Shown: one piece after another, positions 19,640 through 30,347 of the stretch
Position numbering within the stretch: the stretch's first letter is position 1
Layout: every line of letters begins with the position of its first letter
Source: Ruminococcus sp.
Lineage (GTDB): Bacteria; Bacillota; Clostridia; Oscillospirales; Ruminococcaceae
Direction: 5' to 3'
Assembly (NCBI RefSeq): GCF_024691275.1
Contig: NZ_JAILNU010000075.1
Span: 36,715-100,714 of the forward strand
Length of the DNA stretch: 64,000 nt
The notes under the pieces: generated by a model
What the model was told of the DNA's origin: nothing
Database searches by the model: none
What the model saw: the letters and a program-made list of their open reading frames with translations, nothing else
Program-made: the position numbers and the translations under genes

Positions 19640-19729
19640 TATATAATCAGTAATTCAGATACGCTTCGCACCCGACGGTCGGTATGACCGCGGTGCGGCG
19701 CGGTATAATGTAAATTTGCAGGAGGTAGC

Positions 19730-22700
19730 ATGGAATTTACAACTTTTGAATCAATAAAGATAGGTCTTGCTTCGCCTGAGCAGATCAGAAGCTGGTCTTA
19801 CGGCGCTGTTGAAAGACCTGAAACTATAAATTACAGAACACAGAAGCCTGAGCGTGACGGTCTTTTCTGTGAGAGGATCTTCGGACCTACAAAGGACTGG
19901 GAGTGCCACTGCGGAAAATTCAAGAAGATACGCTTCAAGGGCAAGGTCTGTGACCGCTGCGGCGTTGAGGTCACAAGAGCAAGAGTAAGACGTGAGAGAA
20001 TGGGTCACATCGAGCTCGCAGCTCCTGTTTCTCACATCTGGTACTTCAAGGGTACACCTTCACGTATCGGTCAGGTCCTCGAAGTTTCACAGAAGAGACT
20101 TGAGGAAGTCCTTTACTTCACAAAATATATCGTTACCGATCCCGGTAACACAGAGCTTATAAAGAAGCAGCTCCTCTCAGAGAAGGAGTACCTCTCATAC
20201 CTCGAAAAGTACGGCGACGACTTCAAGGCTGAGATGGGAGCTGAGGCTATAAGAAAGCTCCTTAACGAGTACGATCCCGCAAGATATGACGCTCAGAAGC
20301 AGAGACTTGTCGAAATGGGCAAGGTATCTCTCGGCGGCAAGAAGATCGAGTGCTTCAACAAGCCGACTGAGTGTGAGTGTGAGGAGTGCCAGAAGTTCAG
20401 AGAGCTGGAAGATATCGACTGGAAGAACAACCTTGAACTCGTTGCTGACGATCTCAAGGCTGAGCTTGTTGGTCTCCCAAGCGGTCAGAAGAAGGTCAAG
20501 CTCCTCAAGAGGCTCCAGATCATCGAGGCATTCCGTCTTTCAGGCAACAAGCCTGAGTGGATGATACTCAGCGTAGTACCTGTTATTCCGCCTGATATCC
20601 GTCCTATGATAATGCTCGACGGCGGACGTTACGCAACTTCAGACCTTAACGACCTCTACAGAAGAGTTATCAACAGAAACAACCGTCTCAAGAGAATGTT
20701 AGAGCTCGACGCTCCTGACATCATCGTAAGAAACGAGAAGCGTATGCTTCAGGAAGCTGTTGACGCTCTCATAGATAACGGCAGACACGGCAGACCTGTT
20801 ACAGGTCCGAGCAACCGTGCCCTCAAATCTCTTTCCGATATGCTTAAAGGTAAGCAGGGACGTTTCCGTCAGAACCTTCTCGGTAAGCGTGTTGACTACT
20901 CGGGACGTTCTGTTATCGTCGTTGGACCTGAGCTCAAGATGTATCAGTGCGGTCTCCCTAAGGAGATGGCTCTCGAGCTCTTCAAGCCGTTCGTATTAAA
21001 GAGACTCGTTGATAAAAAGGCTATCGCTAATATAAAGAGCGCTAGAAAGCTCATCGACCGTGCAGACAACAAGGTTTGGGACGCTCTTGAAGACGTTATC
21101 AAGGATCACCCTGTAATGCTCAACCGTGCCCCCACGCTTCACAGACTTGGTATCCAGGCATTCGAGCCTATCCTTGTTGAGGGTCGTGCTATCAAGCTCC
21201 ACCCACTGGTATGTTCTGCATTCAACGCTGACTTCGACGGCGACCAGATGGCTGTACATCTCCCACTGTCCGCAGAAGCTCAGGCTGAGGCTCGTTTCCT
21301 CATGCTCGCAGCAAATAACCTCCTCAAGCCTTCGGACGGTAAGCCTGTTGCCGTTCCTTCACAGGATATGGTACTCGGTTCTTACTACCTAACTATGGAT
21401 AAGCCGGGTGAGCCGGGCGAGGGCAAGGTATTCCGCGACGTGAACGAAGCTCTTATGGCTTATCACGAGCACGATGTATCTCTCCACGCTAATATCAAGG
21501 TAAAGATCACAAAGGATATCGGCGACAAGAAGGTATCAAAGATCATCGACGCTACTGTCGGAAGACTTATTTTCAACGAGAATATCCCGCAGAATCTCGG
21601 ATATGTTGACAGAACAAACTCAGACAAGCAGTTCGACCTCGAGGTCGCATTCCTCGTAGGCAAGAAGCAGCTCTCCGATATCATCGAGCGCTGCATAAAG
21701 ATACACGGCACAACAACTACTTCCGAAGTTCTTGACCGTATCAAGGCTCTCGGCTATAAGTACTCAACAAGAGCAGCTCTTACCGTTGCGGTATGTGACG
21801 CTACTATACCACCTCAGAAGAAGGATATCCTTGCCGAAGCTGATGCAGAGGTCGCAGAGATCACTTCTGAGTACGAGTACGGATATATCTCCGAGCAGGA
21901 GAAATCAAAGAAGATCATCGCTCTCTGGACAGATACCAACGACCGAGTTACAGCTGCACTGAAGGCAAACTTCGACAGATACAATCCTATCTGGATGATG
22001 GCTGACTCAGGTGCCCGTGGTTCTATCTCACAGATCCGTCAGCTTGCAGGAATGCGTGGACTTATCGCTAACACATCCGGTGCTGTCATCGAGATCCCGA
22101 TCAGAGCTAACTACCGTGAAGGTCTTAACATCTTGGAGTACTTTATCGCGTCACGAGGTGCGAGAAAGGGTCTTGCTGATACCGCTCTCCGTACCGCTGA
22201 CTCAGGTTACCTTACACGTCGTCTCGTTGACGTTTCTCAGGACGTTATTATCCGTGAGGACGACTGCGGAACAACAGAAGGTATCGAGGTATTCGAGATC
22301 AAGAACGGCAACGAGATCGTTGAGCCGTTCGAGGAGCGTCTTGTAGGCAGATTCCTTGCTGAGGATCTCCACAACGAGTCTGGTGAGCTCATCGTTTCAC
22401 GCAACAAGCTCATCACAGACGCTGACGCTAAGAAGATCGCTGACGCAGGTGTTGAAAGGATCAAGATCCGTTCAGTCCTTACCTGTAAGTCAAGAACAGG
22501 TGTCTGCGCTAAGTGCTACGGTGCTAACCTTGCAAACAACAATATGGTTTCCGTCGGTGAAGCTGTTGGTATCATCGCTGCTCAGTCTATCGGTGAGCCT
22601 GGTACACAGCTTACCATGAGAACCTTCCATACCGGTGGTGTTGCTTCTGCCGACGCTGAAGATATCACACAGGGTCTCCCTCGTGTTGAGGAACTTTTCG

Positions 22701-23452
22701 AGAGCAGACGTCCTAAGGGTGCTGCTATCCTTTCAAGGATCAACGGAAAGATTCACATCGAAGAAGTCAAGACTACAAGAAATATCATTGTAAGCAACGA
22801 CGAAACAGGCGAATCTGAGAGCTATATGATCCCATATAACCTCAAGATCAGAGTTCAGGAGGGCGAGGTCATCGAAAAGGGTACCCGTCTTACTGAAGGT
22901 AACATCTATCCTGCTGATATCCTCAATATCCTCGGAACACAGGCTGTTCAGAACTACATCATCAATGAAGTTCAGAAGGTTTACCGTTTACAGGGTGTTG
23001 ATATCAACGATAAGCACATCGAAGTTATCGTTCGTCAGATGCTCCGCAAGATCAAGGTCGAGGAAACAGGCAGCAGCTATCTGCTCCCCGGTACTCTCGT
23101 TGACAGCAAGGAGATCGACGCTATCAATGAAGAGCTTCAGGCACGTATCGACGCAGGCGAGTACGATGTACAGCTTGTTCAGACAAGTCCTGTCCTTCAG
23201 GGTATCACTAAGGCTTCATCAAATTCAGACAGCTTCATGTCAGCAGCTTCATTCCAGGAGACTACAAAGGCTCTTACAGATGCTGCTATCAGAGGAAAGA
23301 GCGACCGACTCCTTGGTCTTAAGGAGAACGTTATCATCGGTAAGCTCATTCCTGCTGGTACAGGTATGGAGTGCTACAGAAACGTTGAGGTCGTTAAGAA
23401 CGAAGGCTACGGCGAGCACAATACAGCTGCTCCGATGTCTAACCAGATATAA
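19730..23452 (+). CDS. rpoC: DNA-directed RNA polymerase subunit beta'
   Basis: Zn-finger [23 protein letters not shown]. Catalytic [21 protein letters not shown] upstream. Confidence 0.97.
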   Translation: MEFTTFESIKIGLASPEQIRSWSYGAVERPETINYRTQKPERDGLFCERIFGPTKDWECHCGKFKKIRFKGKVCDRCGVEVTRARVRRERMGHIELAAPVSHIWYFKGTPSRIGQVLEVSQKRLEEVLYFTKYIVTDPGNTELIKKQLLSEKEYLSYLEKYGDDFKAEMGAEAIRKLLNEYDPARYDAQKQRLVEMGKVSLGGKKIECFNKPTECECEECQKFRELEDIDWKNNLELVADDLKAELVGLPSGQKKVKLLKRLQIIEAFRLSGNKPEWMILSVVPVIPPDIRPMIMLDGGRYATSDLNDLYRRVINRNNRLKRMLELDAPDIIVRNEKRMLQEAVDALIDNGRHGRPVTGPSNRALKSLSDMLKGKQGRFRQNLLGKRVDYSGRSVIVVGPELKMYQCGLPKEMALELFKPFVLKRLVDKKAIANIKSARKLIDRADNKVWDALEDVIKDHPVMLNRAPTLHRLGIQAFEPILVEGRAIKLHPLVCSAFNADFDGDQMAVHLPLSAEAQAEARFLMLAANNLLKPSDGKPVAVPSQDMVLGSYYLTMDKPGEPGEGKVFRDVNEALMAYHEHDVSLHANIKVKITKDIGDKKVSKIIDATVGRLIFNENIPQNLGYVDRTNSDKQFDLEVAFLVGKKQLSDIIERCIKIHGTTTTSEVLDRIKALGYKYSTRAALTVAVCDATIPPQKKDILAEADAEVAEITSEYEYGYISEQEKSKKIIALWTDTNDRVTAALKANFDRYNPIWMMADSGARGSISQIRQLAGMRGLIANTSGAVIEIPIRANYREGLNILEYFIASRGARKGLADTALRTADSGYLTRRLVDVSQDVIIREDDCGTTEGIEVFEIKNGNEIVEPFEERLVGRFLAEDLHNESGELIVSRNKLITDADAKKIADAGVERIKIRSVLTCKSRTGVCAKCYGANLANNNMVSVGEAVGIIAAQSIGEPGTQLTMRTFHTGGVASADAEDITQGLPRVEELFESRRPKGAAILSRINGKIHIEEVKTTRNIIVSNDETGESESYMIPYNLKIRVQEGEVIEKGTRLTEGNIYPADILNILGTQAVQNYIINEVQKVYRLQGVDINDKHIEVIVRQMLRKIKVEETGSSYLLPGTLVDSKEIDAINEELQARIDAGEYDVQLVQTSPVLQGITKASSNSDSFMSAASFQETTKALTDAAIRGKSDRLLGLKENVIIGKLIPAGTGMECYRNVEVVKNEGYGEHNTAAPMSNQI

Positions 23453-23455
23453 CGC

Positions 23456-23486
23456 AAAAGCTCCCGATATTTCGGGAGCTTTTTTA
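23456..23486 (+). terminator. intrinsic terminator of rpoBC
   Basis: AGCTCCCG / CGGGAGCT stem followed by TTTTT. Confidence 0.85.
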
Positions 23487-23562
23487 GTTGAAACAGAGTT
23501 GAAGTATTTTGTCGTGTTTGATCTGTCGTCGCAGATCTCAAGTATAAAAAGGAGCATGAAAC

Positions 23563-24027
23563 ATGGATATAAAACTTGAACGAATCGGTATTGATGACTG
23601 CGAAAAGCTCTGGAAAATGCAGGTAGAAGCCTTTTCCGAGCTGCTTGAAAAATATCAGGACTACGACACAAGTCCTGCAAATGAGCCTATGAGCAGAGTG
23701 GCAGCAAGACTGGATCAGCCGTTTACATATTATTACTTCATAATTGACGGCGAAACGCCCGTGGGAGCTGTTCGCGTTGTGGATATGAAGGACGGCAGTC
23801 CCAAGCGTATTTCTCCGATATTTATAATGAAAGAATTCAGAAGAAATGGCTATGCAAAGGCTGCTTTGAGAGCTGCCGAGGAGATACACGGCTCTGAAAA
23901 CTGGTCGCTGGATACTATCTTGCAGGAAAAGGGAAACTGCTGTCTGTATGAGAAAATGGGCTATCGCAGAACCAATGAGACAACGCATATTAATGAGCGA
24001 ATGACCATTATTGGCTACAAAAAATAG
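23563..24027 (+). CDS. GNAT family N-acetyltransferase
   Basis: Motif A-like FRRNGYAKAAL and C-terminal YEKMGY. Confidence 0.75.
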   Translation: MDIKLERIGIDDCEKLWKMQVEAFSELLEKYQDYDTSPANEPMSRVAARLDQPFTYYYFIIDGETPVGAVRVVDMKDGSPKRISPIFIMKEFRRNGYAKAALRAAEEIHGSENWSLDTILQEKGNCCLYEKMGYRRTNETTHINERMTIIGYKK

Positions 24028-24080
24028 CTCTTTGTCATATCATGTTCGATCACTGAATATAATTCAGTGAGGTGAGATGA

Positions 24081-25220
24081 ATGAAAAAGTTCATTGCAGC
24101 TGCCTGTGCAGCTGCTATTTGTTTGAGTGGGTGCTCTGCTGTGAAAAGTGACAGCGGTCTACAGCGAACTGCCGAATATAATGAATCACTTGCACCTGAG
24201 AGCTGCGGCACGAAATATGTTCCGATGAATTTCCGCGAGCAGGTGGGAGTATGGCTTCCGTATGTTAAATTTCCCGAGATAATGCAGGGCAAGAATGCTG
24301 ACGGTTTCCGAAAAGCGCTGGGAGAGTTCCTTGAAGATGCGGCAGCTGATAATGTCAACACCCTGTACTTCCACGTACACCCCATGGGAGATTCATACTA
24401 CAGCTCAGAGATATATCCCACGGGAGTATACCTTGACGGCGGATTTGATGCGCTTGGAATAGTTCTTGATGAAGCTCATAAACGTGGAATATCTGTCCAT
24501 GCGTGGATAAATCCTCTTCGTATGCAAACCGATGAGGTCATGAGAACTCTGCCTGATGATTACATCATAAAGAGGTGGATAAACGACGGTGAACCCTATG
24601 TCAAAAACGTGAACGGCAGGTGGTATCTTGACCCTGCGTATGAGGAATCAGTTGAGCTGATGACGAGGACAGTCAGTGAGATACTTGATAATTACAGGGT
24701 AGACGGTTTGCAGATAGATGATTACTTTTATCCTACGACCGACCCTGAGTTCGACCGTGAAGCTTTTGAAGCGAGCGGCTGCACTGATCTTGCTGAATGG
24801 CGTACAGGAAACGTTGACCGCTTTGTAAAGGCGATATACGACACTGTGAAATCACGGGACGAAAGACTTGTTTTCGGCATAAGTCCGCAGGGAAATATCA
24901 GAGTTGACTATGATACTCAGTATGCAGATGTGAGACTCTGGGGCGGAGAAAAGGGCTACTGCGATTATATCGTTCCGCAGATCTATTACGGATTCGAGAA
25001 TGTGAACAGTCCATTTCTGCCTACGCTCGACGAATGGGTGGAGCTTGTAGGAGACAGCGGAGTTTCACTGATAATCGGGCTTGCTGCCTATAAACTGGGA
25101 CGAGAGGACAAATGGGCAGGCGAAGCCGCCGAGCTGGAATGGATAAACGATCCCGACATTATCCGCAAGCAGATTGAAGCGGTAAAGAAGTCGGCTGCGG
25201 ACGGATATGCACTCTACTGA
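24081..25220 (+). CDS. GHL10 / DUF187-type glycoside-hydrolase-like lipoprotein
   Basis: Lipobox LSGCS. TIM-barrel-like blocks NTLYFHVHPMGDSYY, HAWINPLR, DGLQIDDYFYP typical of the YngK/GHL10 family. Call is made from memory. Confidence 0.6.
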   Translation: MKKFIAAACAAAICLSGCSAVKSDSGLQRTAEYNESLAPESCGTKYVPMNFREQVGVWLPYVKFPEIMQGKNADGFRKALGEFLEDAAADNVNTLYFHVHPMGDSYYSSEIYPTGVYLDGGFDALGIVLDEAHKRGISVHAWINPLRMQTDEVMRTLPDDYIIKRWINDGEPYVKNVNGRWYLDPAYEESVELMTRTVSEILDNYRVDGLQIDDYFYPTTDPEFDREAFEASGCTDLAEWRTGNVDRFVKAIYDTVKSRDERLVFGISPQGNIRVDYDTQYADVRLWGGEKGYCDYIVPQIYYGFENVNSPFLPTLDEWVELVGDSGVSLIIGLAAYKLGREDKWAGEAAELEWINDPDIIRKQIEAVKKSAADGYALY

Positions 25221-25235
25221 GTAGGGGATATAAAG

Positions 25236-25266
25236 AAAGATGCCTGAATTTCTCAGGCATCTTTTT
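25236..25266. terminator. bidirectional intrinsic terminator
   Basis: GATGCCTGA / TCAGGCATC stem, flanked by an A-rich left side and a T-run on the right, between convergent genes. Confidence 0.75.
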
Positions 25267-25268
25267 GC

Positions 25269-28200
25269 TTATTTTTTGTCTTTAAGGTAATCGTCTATAG
25301 ATTTCACATTATCTGAAGTAGTTGACTCGTAAGCGTAGTATGCAAGTATCTTTGAAGCATCAATTGAGTTGATAGCACCGTCATGGTCAACGTCTGCGGC
25401 AGCTTTCTGTCTGTCAGAGTAACCGCCTTTCTGATCTGTGGAATTTTTAGCGTAATATGCGAGTACGGAAGATGCGTCAATAGAATTTATCATGCCGTCG
25501 TTATTTACGTCACCGAGGGAATAAGCTTTTCCGAGCGAGCTGAACTTATAGCCGTTTTTTAATGCGTACTCTTCGGCTGTGGAGTCATCATAGCCGTATA
25601 TAGTTCCGCTGAAGTTAACGACCTTATCGCCGTCATCAGAAAAACTTATGGAGTTGCAGATAATTTCAGGATAGTTGAAAGAGAAGTCACAGTCAGGGTT
25701 CAGGATCGTCACTGATTCAAGTGAAGCACATAATGAAAACGCATTATATTCTATACTCTGAATATTTGCAGGTATAACAACATTTTTCAGTGAATTGCAG
25801 GATTCAAACTCATGTGAAATAATTGTAGTTGCATCAGGAGCTAATATTATGTTTTCAAGTGAAGAGCATCCGTAGAAAGTTGAGTCGTATTCGAGAGTTG
25901 TACCTTTGGGGATATTTACAGATTTAAGGGAAGAGCAGCCGCTGAATGCACGACTGCCTATCTGCACAATGCTGTCAGGAAGAGTTACGGATTCGATGAA
26001 TATATTGTGATCGAATGCATTATCTGCAATGCACTTTATGCCGTCCTTTATAGTTACGTTGGGGTAGTCTGACAATATTCCCCTCATTTCGTAAAAGGCT
26101 GAACCGCAGTAAACAGGACCGTTTGGATAATAGCGCAGCCACGGAGTATCGTAAAGTACGTTTGAGCCGAAGTGGATCAGATTTTTTGAAAATACTATCT
26201 TTCTGAGCCCTTTACAGTTGTAAAACGCCATATCGTGAATATGTGTAACGCTGTCAGGGATCATCACGTTGTTGAGCTTATCGCATTTTTCAAAGGCTGA
26301 ATTAAAGATCATTTCGAGACTGTCAGGGAATGTGATGCTTACAAGCTTGTCACAGTCATAGAATGCACAGTTACCGATGTATTTTATGCTTTCGGGAACT
26401 ATGTAGCTGGTGTCGGGGTGGTTTGGTGGGAAATATTTAAGGAGCGAGTTGTCTTCTATCAGCACACCGTTGATACTGCTGTATTTTTCATTTCCCTTAG
26501 CAACGTTGACAGCTTCGAGCGAAGAGCAGCCTTCAATTGAATCCGGGAAATACTTTACTGATGCAGGCACATATATCTTAGTGAGCTCGGAGCAGTTATT
26601 AAATGCATAGTCATCAACTTTTACGACGGTATCAGGGATATTTAATTCACCTGATACCTTTGTTGAGCATCTCAGCAGATGTGCCTTATCGCTGGTGTAC
26701 AGCACACCGTTTTCCACGATATAAGATTTGTTGTCCTTATCGACTTCAATATCGGTAATTTTTTCGATGCCGTTCAGACAAGTATTTAGTTCAGTGATAT
26801 TTGCAGGGATCTTTATGCTTTTAGTATTGTAATTGAATATAAATAACGTGCTTATTTCTGTAACAGGGAGACCGTTCAGGGTATTCGGGATAGTGATATC
26901 TTCTTCCTCGCTTATGCATGACACTATTACAGCGTGATCCTTGAATTCGACCCATCTCCATGTATCGTCATCTTTTAATTCGCCGTCACCGAATAAACTG
27001 GGGGAAGAATAGTTGCCAAGAGAAGTGAAATTGTGTCCGTTTTCCTCGGCGTATTTCTGTGCGGAGGAATCCTCATATCCGCAGATAGTACCTGTAAATT
27101 CAGTTATTTCATCAAGAGAATGATCCTGCTCCTGCTTGAAAGGTTCGTTTATAGTGCAATAGGTACAGTTGAAAGTAACTGATCTCAGCGAGGAACAGTT
27201 TGTTAAGCAGCCGTCTGATACATTGATGATATTTTGAGGGATATCTATTTCTTCGAGTGATGAGCAGCCATAAAATGTAAATGACTCAATTTCAGAGAGA
27301 TTTTGCGGGAGTGTGATGCTTTTCAGGGAAGAACAGTCCATAAATGCGCAGTAGCCTATTTTAGTCAGGCTGTCGGGGAGGTTTATCTCGGTAAGGTCCA
27401 CGCAGCCGCAGAGAGCATACGGCCCGATATACTTTATGCCTTCGGGAAGGACTACGGAAACGACATTTTTATTGCACGGCTCGTAATCCTCGCCATCGGT
27501 GTTGAAAGCGTAATCGGATATGCCGACAGTTCCCTCCTTTACAGTAACAGTGGAGTTCTTCGGCAGCTGACCCTTTATCCTGTATAATACCTTTCCAATG
27601 TATATTGCACCATCGGGCTGCTTGTCGAACCACGGAGTACTGAGCATAGCACTGCTGTGGATATCGGTAATATTTTTGGAAAAGGTAATATCGGAAAGAC
27701 TTTTGCATTCATTGAATGCGTTGATCTCTATTTTGGTAACACTGTCAGGGATAACAACACCGTTGAGCTTGATGCAGTTCTCGAAAGCGGCGATGCCAAT
27801 GACTTCAAGAGAGTCCGGTAAATTCACGGCCTCGAGGTTAAAGGAGTTCTCAAAGGCACAGGAAGATATGAGAGTAACGCCGTTTGGGATCGTATAGCTG
27901 CTGTTTTTGCTGCCGTTGGGGTACTTGTACAGTATATCCTTGTGGTAATCGAACAGTACGCCGTCAACGGTAGAATAATAAAGGTTTTTTTCATCGACAT
28001 TGATGCTTTCAAGGCTATCGCAGTTGATAAACGCCTCATTTCCCATACTCTTTACAGTGGAGGGGATATTAACTTTTTTCAGCTTGCTGCAATATGAGAA
28101 AGCTCCGTCCTCTATGCGTGTGACCGTATCAGGGACAGTGATCTCTGCTGCTTCGTGAGATAAACATTTTATGAGCTTTGTCTTGTTGGAATTATAAATG

Positions 28201-28607
28201 ATATCGTTTTCTGTAATAAAGCTCGTATTGTCCTTGTCTATCTCAACTCTGGCGAGCTTTGGGCAGTATTTCAGTGAAATGTCTATATCAGTAACTGTGG
28301 ACGGAATAAAAATTTCTTCAATTGTTGATGCTTTTAACCAGAAAACGTCCTCTGTCAGAGCAGTAACAGGAAGTCCCTCAATTGAAGATGGGATAGTAAC
28401 CTTTGGCTGATTGCTGAAATATTTTGTTATTATGACATGATCTCCGAAATTCTTCCATTCCCATGTATCGTTTGAAGCTTCCTTGTATTCGCCGATGCTG
28501 TCAGATGAATACACTGCCTCAGAAGTATACGGTATCATGATATTACAGCCTGTACCTGTTAAAGCGAGGGCTGCTGCACATATAATACTGATGAATTTTT
28601 TCTTCAT
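25269..28607 (-). CDS. BspA-type leucine-rich-repeat (LRR_5) protein with internal duplication and C-terminal dockerin
   Basis: Signal peptide/lipobox. Dozens of ~23-aa repeats of the form IPxSVTxIxxxAFxxCxxLxxV. Dockerin GDVNNDGMINSIDAS ... ADVDHDGAINSIDAS. Confidence 0.85.
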   Translation of the reverse strand: MKKKFISIICAAALALTGTGCNIMIPYTSEAVYSSDSIGEYKEASNDTWEWKNFGDHVIITKYFSNQPKVTIPSSIEGLPVTALTEDVFWLKASTIEEIFIPSTVTDIDISLKYCPKLARVEIDKDNTSFITENDIIYNSNKTKLIKCLSHEAAEITVPDTVTRIEDGAFSYCSKLKKVNIPSTVKSMGNEAFINCDSLESINVDEKNLYYSTVDGVLFDYHKDILYKYPNGSKNSSYTIPNGVTLISSCAFENSFNLEAVNLPDSLEVIGIAAFENCIKLNGVVIPDSVTKIEINAFNECKSLSDITFSKNITDIHSSAMLSTPWFDKQPDGAIYIGKVLYRIKGQLPKNSTVTVKEGTVGISDYAFNTDGEDYEPCNKNVVSVVLPEGIKYIGPYALCGCVDLTEINLPDSLTKIGYCAFMDCSSLKSITLPQNLSEIESFTFYGCSSLEEIDIPQNIINVSDGCLTNCSSLRSVTFNCTYCTINEPFKQEQDHSLDEITEFTGTICGYEDSSAQKYAEENGHNFTSLGNYSSPSLFGDGELKDDDTWRWVEFKDHAVIVSCISEEEDITIPNTLNGLPVTEISTLFIFNYNTKSIKIPANITELNTCLNGIEKITDIEVDKDNKSYIVENGVLYTSDKAHLLRCSTKVSGELNIPDTVVKVDDYAFNNCSELTKIYVPASVKYFPDSIEGCSSLEAVNVAKGNEKYSSINGVLIEDNSLLKYFPPNHPDTSYIVPESIKYIGNCAFYDCDKLVSITFPDSLEMIFNSAFEKCDKLNNVMIPDSVTHIHDMAFYNCKGLRKIVFSKNLIHFGSNVLYDTPWLRYYPNGPVYCGSAFYEMRGILSDYPNVTIKDGIKCIADNAFDHNIFIESVTLPDSIVQIGSRAFSGCSSLKSVNIPKGTTLEYDSTFYGCSSLENIILAPDATTIISHEFESCNSLKNVVIPANIQSIEYNAFSLCASLESVTILNPDCDFSFNYPEIICNSISFSDDGDKVVNFSGTIYGYDDSTAEEYALKNGYKFSSLGKAYSLGDVNNDGMINSIDASSVLAYYAKNSTDQKGGYSDRQKAAADVDHDGAINSIDASKILAYYAYESTTSDNVKSIDDYLKDKK

Positions 28608-28750
28608 ATAACACCTCTCAGAATAATTTGTACATTTATTATAAACCTTTTGTTATAATCATACAATAATTAAAAAGAAAGTTATTTTAATATGAGCTAA
28701 ATTCTGCTATTTGCAACATTATTTAACAGTATTTATTATGTATAAGTAAC

Positions 28751-28778
28751 AAAAAAGTACCTGCTGCTGCAAGTACTC
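28751..28778 (-). terminator. intrinsic terminator of the 28815-30083 gene
   Basis: On the minus strand, AGUACUUGC / GCAGGUACU form a stem (one G-U pair) followed by UUUUUU. Confidence 0.7.
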
Positions 28779-28814
28779 TTTAAATTCTGTATCGAATGAA
28801 TCTGAGTTAACCGA

Positions 28815-30083
28815 TCATTTCTTTTCGGCTTCCTTGTATTTACCTTCTGCGAGAGCCTTGATAGTCTCCTCAGTGATGTCGTTATCCTGACCCAGTACAT
28901 AGTGTTTGGGCTTTGTTTTTGCCTCAACAGTGCTTGTATAGTTCTTCTTGTCGGTCTCCTCGCCGTTGACATAATAAGCAGGAGTTACTTTTTCGCCGTC
29001 ATTTGACGTACTTTTAGCGCTGTTCTCGGTATCACCGTAGGAGAATACCTCCTCAAACTTGAAGTTATCAGTGAACTTGTGGAAGCTTCCTGATGTATAG
29101 CTGGGGCCGTCATAATATGTTGCGAGTTCCTCGGTATCCTTGTAGTAGAGAATGGTTCCGTCGGCACCGAAGCTGCCTACAGGTACAGGACAGCCATTCC
29201 ATGCATAGATATCAACGTATGGAGCGTAGTGGTAGCCGCCTGAAACGAAAAGCTCAGGCACGTCATCGCCGTTTATGTCCATGAGTGAGAAATGATTGTT
29301 ATCGTTTTCCTTCTTGTATTTGAGGTAGTCGTTCAGGACAGCACAGTAAGCTTCCTTCCAGTCCTTTGCTTCTCCGAGTGCAGCGTTGATAATGTCGTCG
29401 TCGAAGCTGTGGTCTGTGCCCATTTGCTTGATAACGCCGTTGATAAGGAATTTGTACTCCTCATCGTACTTATCCGAGTCAACTTCCTGACCGTTTACCT
29501 TTGCATAGTCTTGTCCGAGCTCGTAGGTGTAAACGTTGGCGAGCTTATCGTTTTTCAGTCTGTACAGCTGGTTGGTCTGTACGTGATTTGTGTCATCAAG
29601 TCTTAAAGTGACAAGAAGGCTCTTATTCATGACATACAATAAGTCAGTGCAATTCTTGATCTCTTCAAATTCAGTGTAATTAGTATCTCCGAGAGATTTC
29701 AGGAGATAATTTTTGTTTCCGTAAGGACCGTATGATATGATAAGCTCAGGTATCAAGTCATCGTTGATATCGTATACCGTGAATCTTGCGGTATCGTCGA
29801 ACTTGTCCGACTTCTTGAAATCTTCCAGAGCTTTGCGGTAAAGCTTGTTCCAGCTTACGTCAGAGATGCCTGTAACATCTGTGGAAGTGCCGATAACAGG
29901 CTCCTCGTATGAATCGTCGATGCTGTAGTCATAAGTAACATCTTCTATATTAAAAGAAGTAGTTGTATTATCTGAAGATGAAGCGGTTGTGGTGTTATTA
30001 TCTTTGCTGCCGCTGTTGTTGTTTTTTGATGAGCAGCCGCAGAACAGTGCTGTAACGCACAATAAAGCAAAAAGCTTCTTCAT
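28815..30083 (-). CDS. hypothetical lipoprotein with two related modules
   Basis: Lipobox LFCGCSS and a Ser/Thr/Asn linker. The motif D(I/M)N(D/G)D.(I/V)PEL(I/F)(I/V)S.G occurs twice (DINDDLIPELIISYG, DINGDDVPELFVSGG). Confidence 0.6.
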   Translation of the reverse strand: MKKLFALLCVTALFCGCSSKNNNSGSKDNNTTTASSSDNTTTSFNIEDVTYDYSIDDSYEEPVIGTSTDVTGISDVSWNKLYRKALEDFKKSDKFDDTARFTVYDINDDLIPELIISYGPYGNKNYLLKSLGDTNYTEFEEIKNCTDLLYVMNKSLLVTLRLDDTNHVQTNQLYRLKNDKLANVYTYELGQDYAKVNGQEVDSDKYDEEYKFLINGVIKQMGTDHSFDDDIINAALGEAKDWKEAYCAVLNDYLKYKKENDNNHFSLMDINGDDVPELFVSGGYHYAPYVDIYAWNGCPVPVGSFGADGTILYYKDTEELATYYDGPSYTSGSFHKFTDNFKFEEVFSYGDTENSAKSTSNDGEKVTPAYYVNGEETDKKNYTSTVEAKTKPKHYVLGQDNDITEETIKALAEGKYKEAEKK

Positions 30084-30219
30084 ATAATGACCTCCGTAAA
30101 AGATAAACTTATCGTAAGTATTATAACATATTATTTCGTAAATAGCAACACAGGCGCGGAATATTTCATCGTACTATCATCTATGCTCCGAAAAGACTGA
30201 TATTAAGCTGTTCGTCGTA

Positions 30220-30248
30220 TTGAAAATGTGAGGACTATGTGATATAAT
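30220..30248 (+). promoter_or_regulatory. sigma-A promoter (extended -10) of the ABC/C45/TCS module
   Basis: TTGAAA (30220-30225), 17-nt spacer, TGaTATAAT (30240-30248). Confidence 0.6.
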
Positions 30249-30347
30249 CATATATGAAAAATATTTTTTATATTTAAAGACTTTTTAATCTTTTATGTGT
30301 TATCATAATATCAGCAGCAAGGAAAAAATACAGCGGAGGATAGAGAT

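Noticed and set aside
19667-19697. GC-rich hairpin (CGCACC..CGGTC..GACCG..GGTGCG) in the rpoB-rpoC spacer as a terminator, and TATAAT at 19704-19709 as an internal rpoC promoter
   Set aside because: No U-tract follows the hairpin, and no acceptable -35 precedes the TATAAT. It could be a processing or stability element, but I cannot support a specific call.
23407-23988. 193-aa minus-strand ORF spanning the rpoC end, the terminator and the GNAT gene
   Set aside because: It crosses a strong intrinsic terminator and is antisense to a GNAT gene with a clear motif A. It is not credible as a gene.
30095-30144. Three CGTAA-containing repeats (30095, 30113, 30137) upstream of the ABC module as response-regulator boxes
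   Set aside because: The spacing (18 and 24 nt) is not helically phased, the motif is short, and the region also serves as the 5' region of the divergent lipoprotein gene. The support is insufficient.
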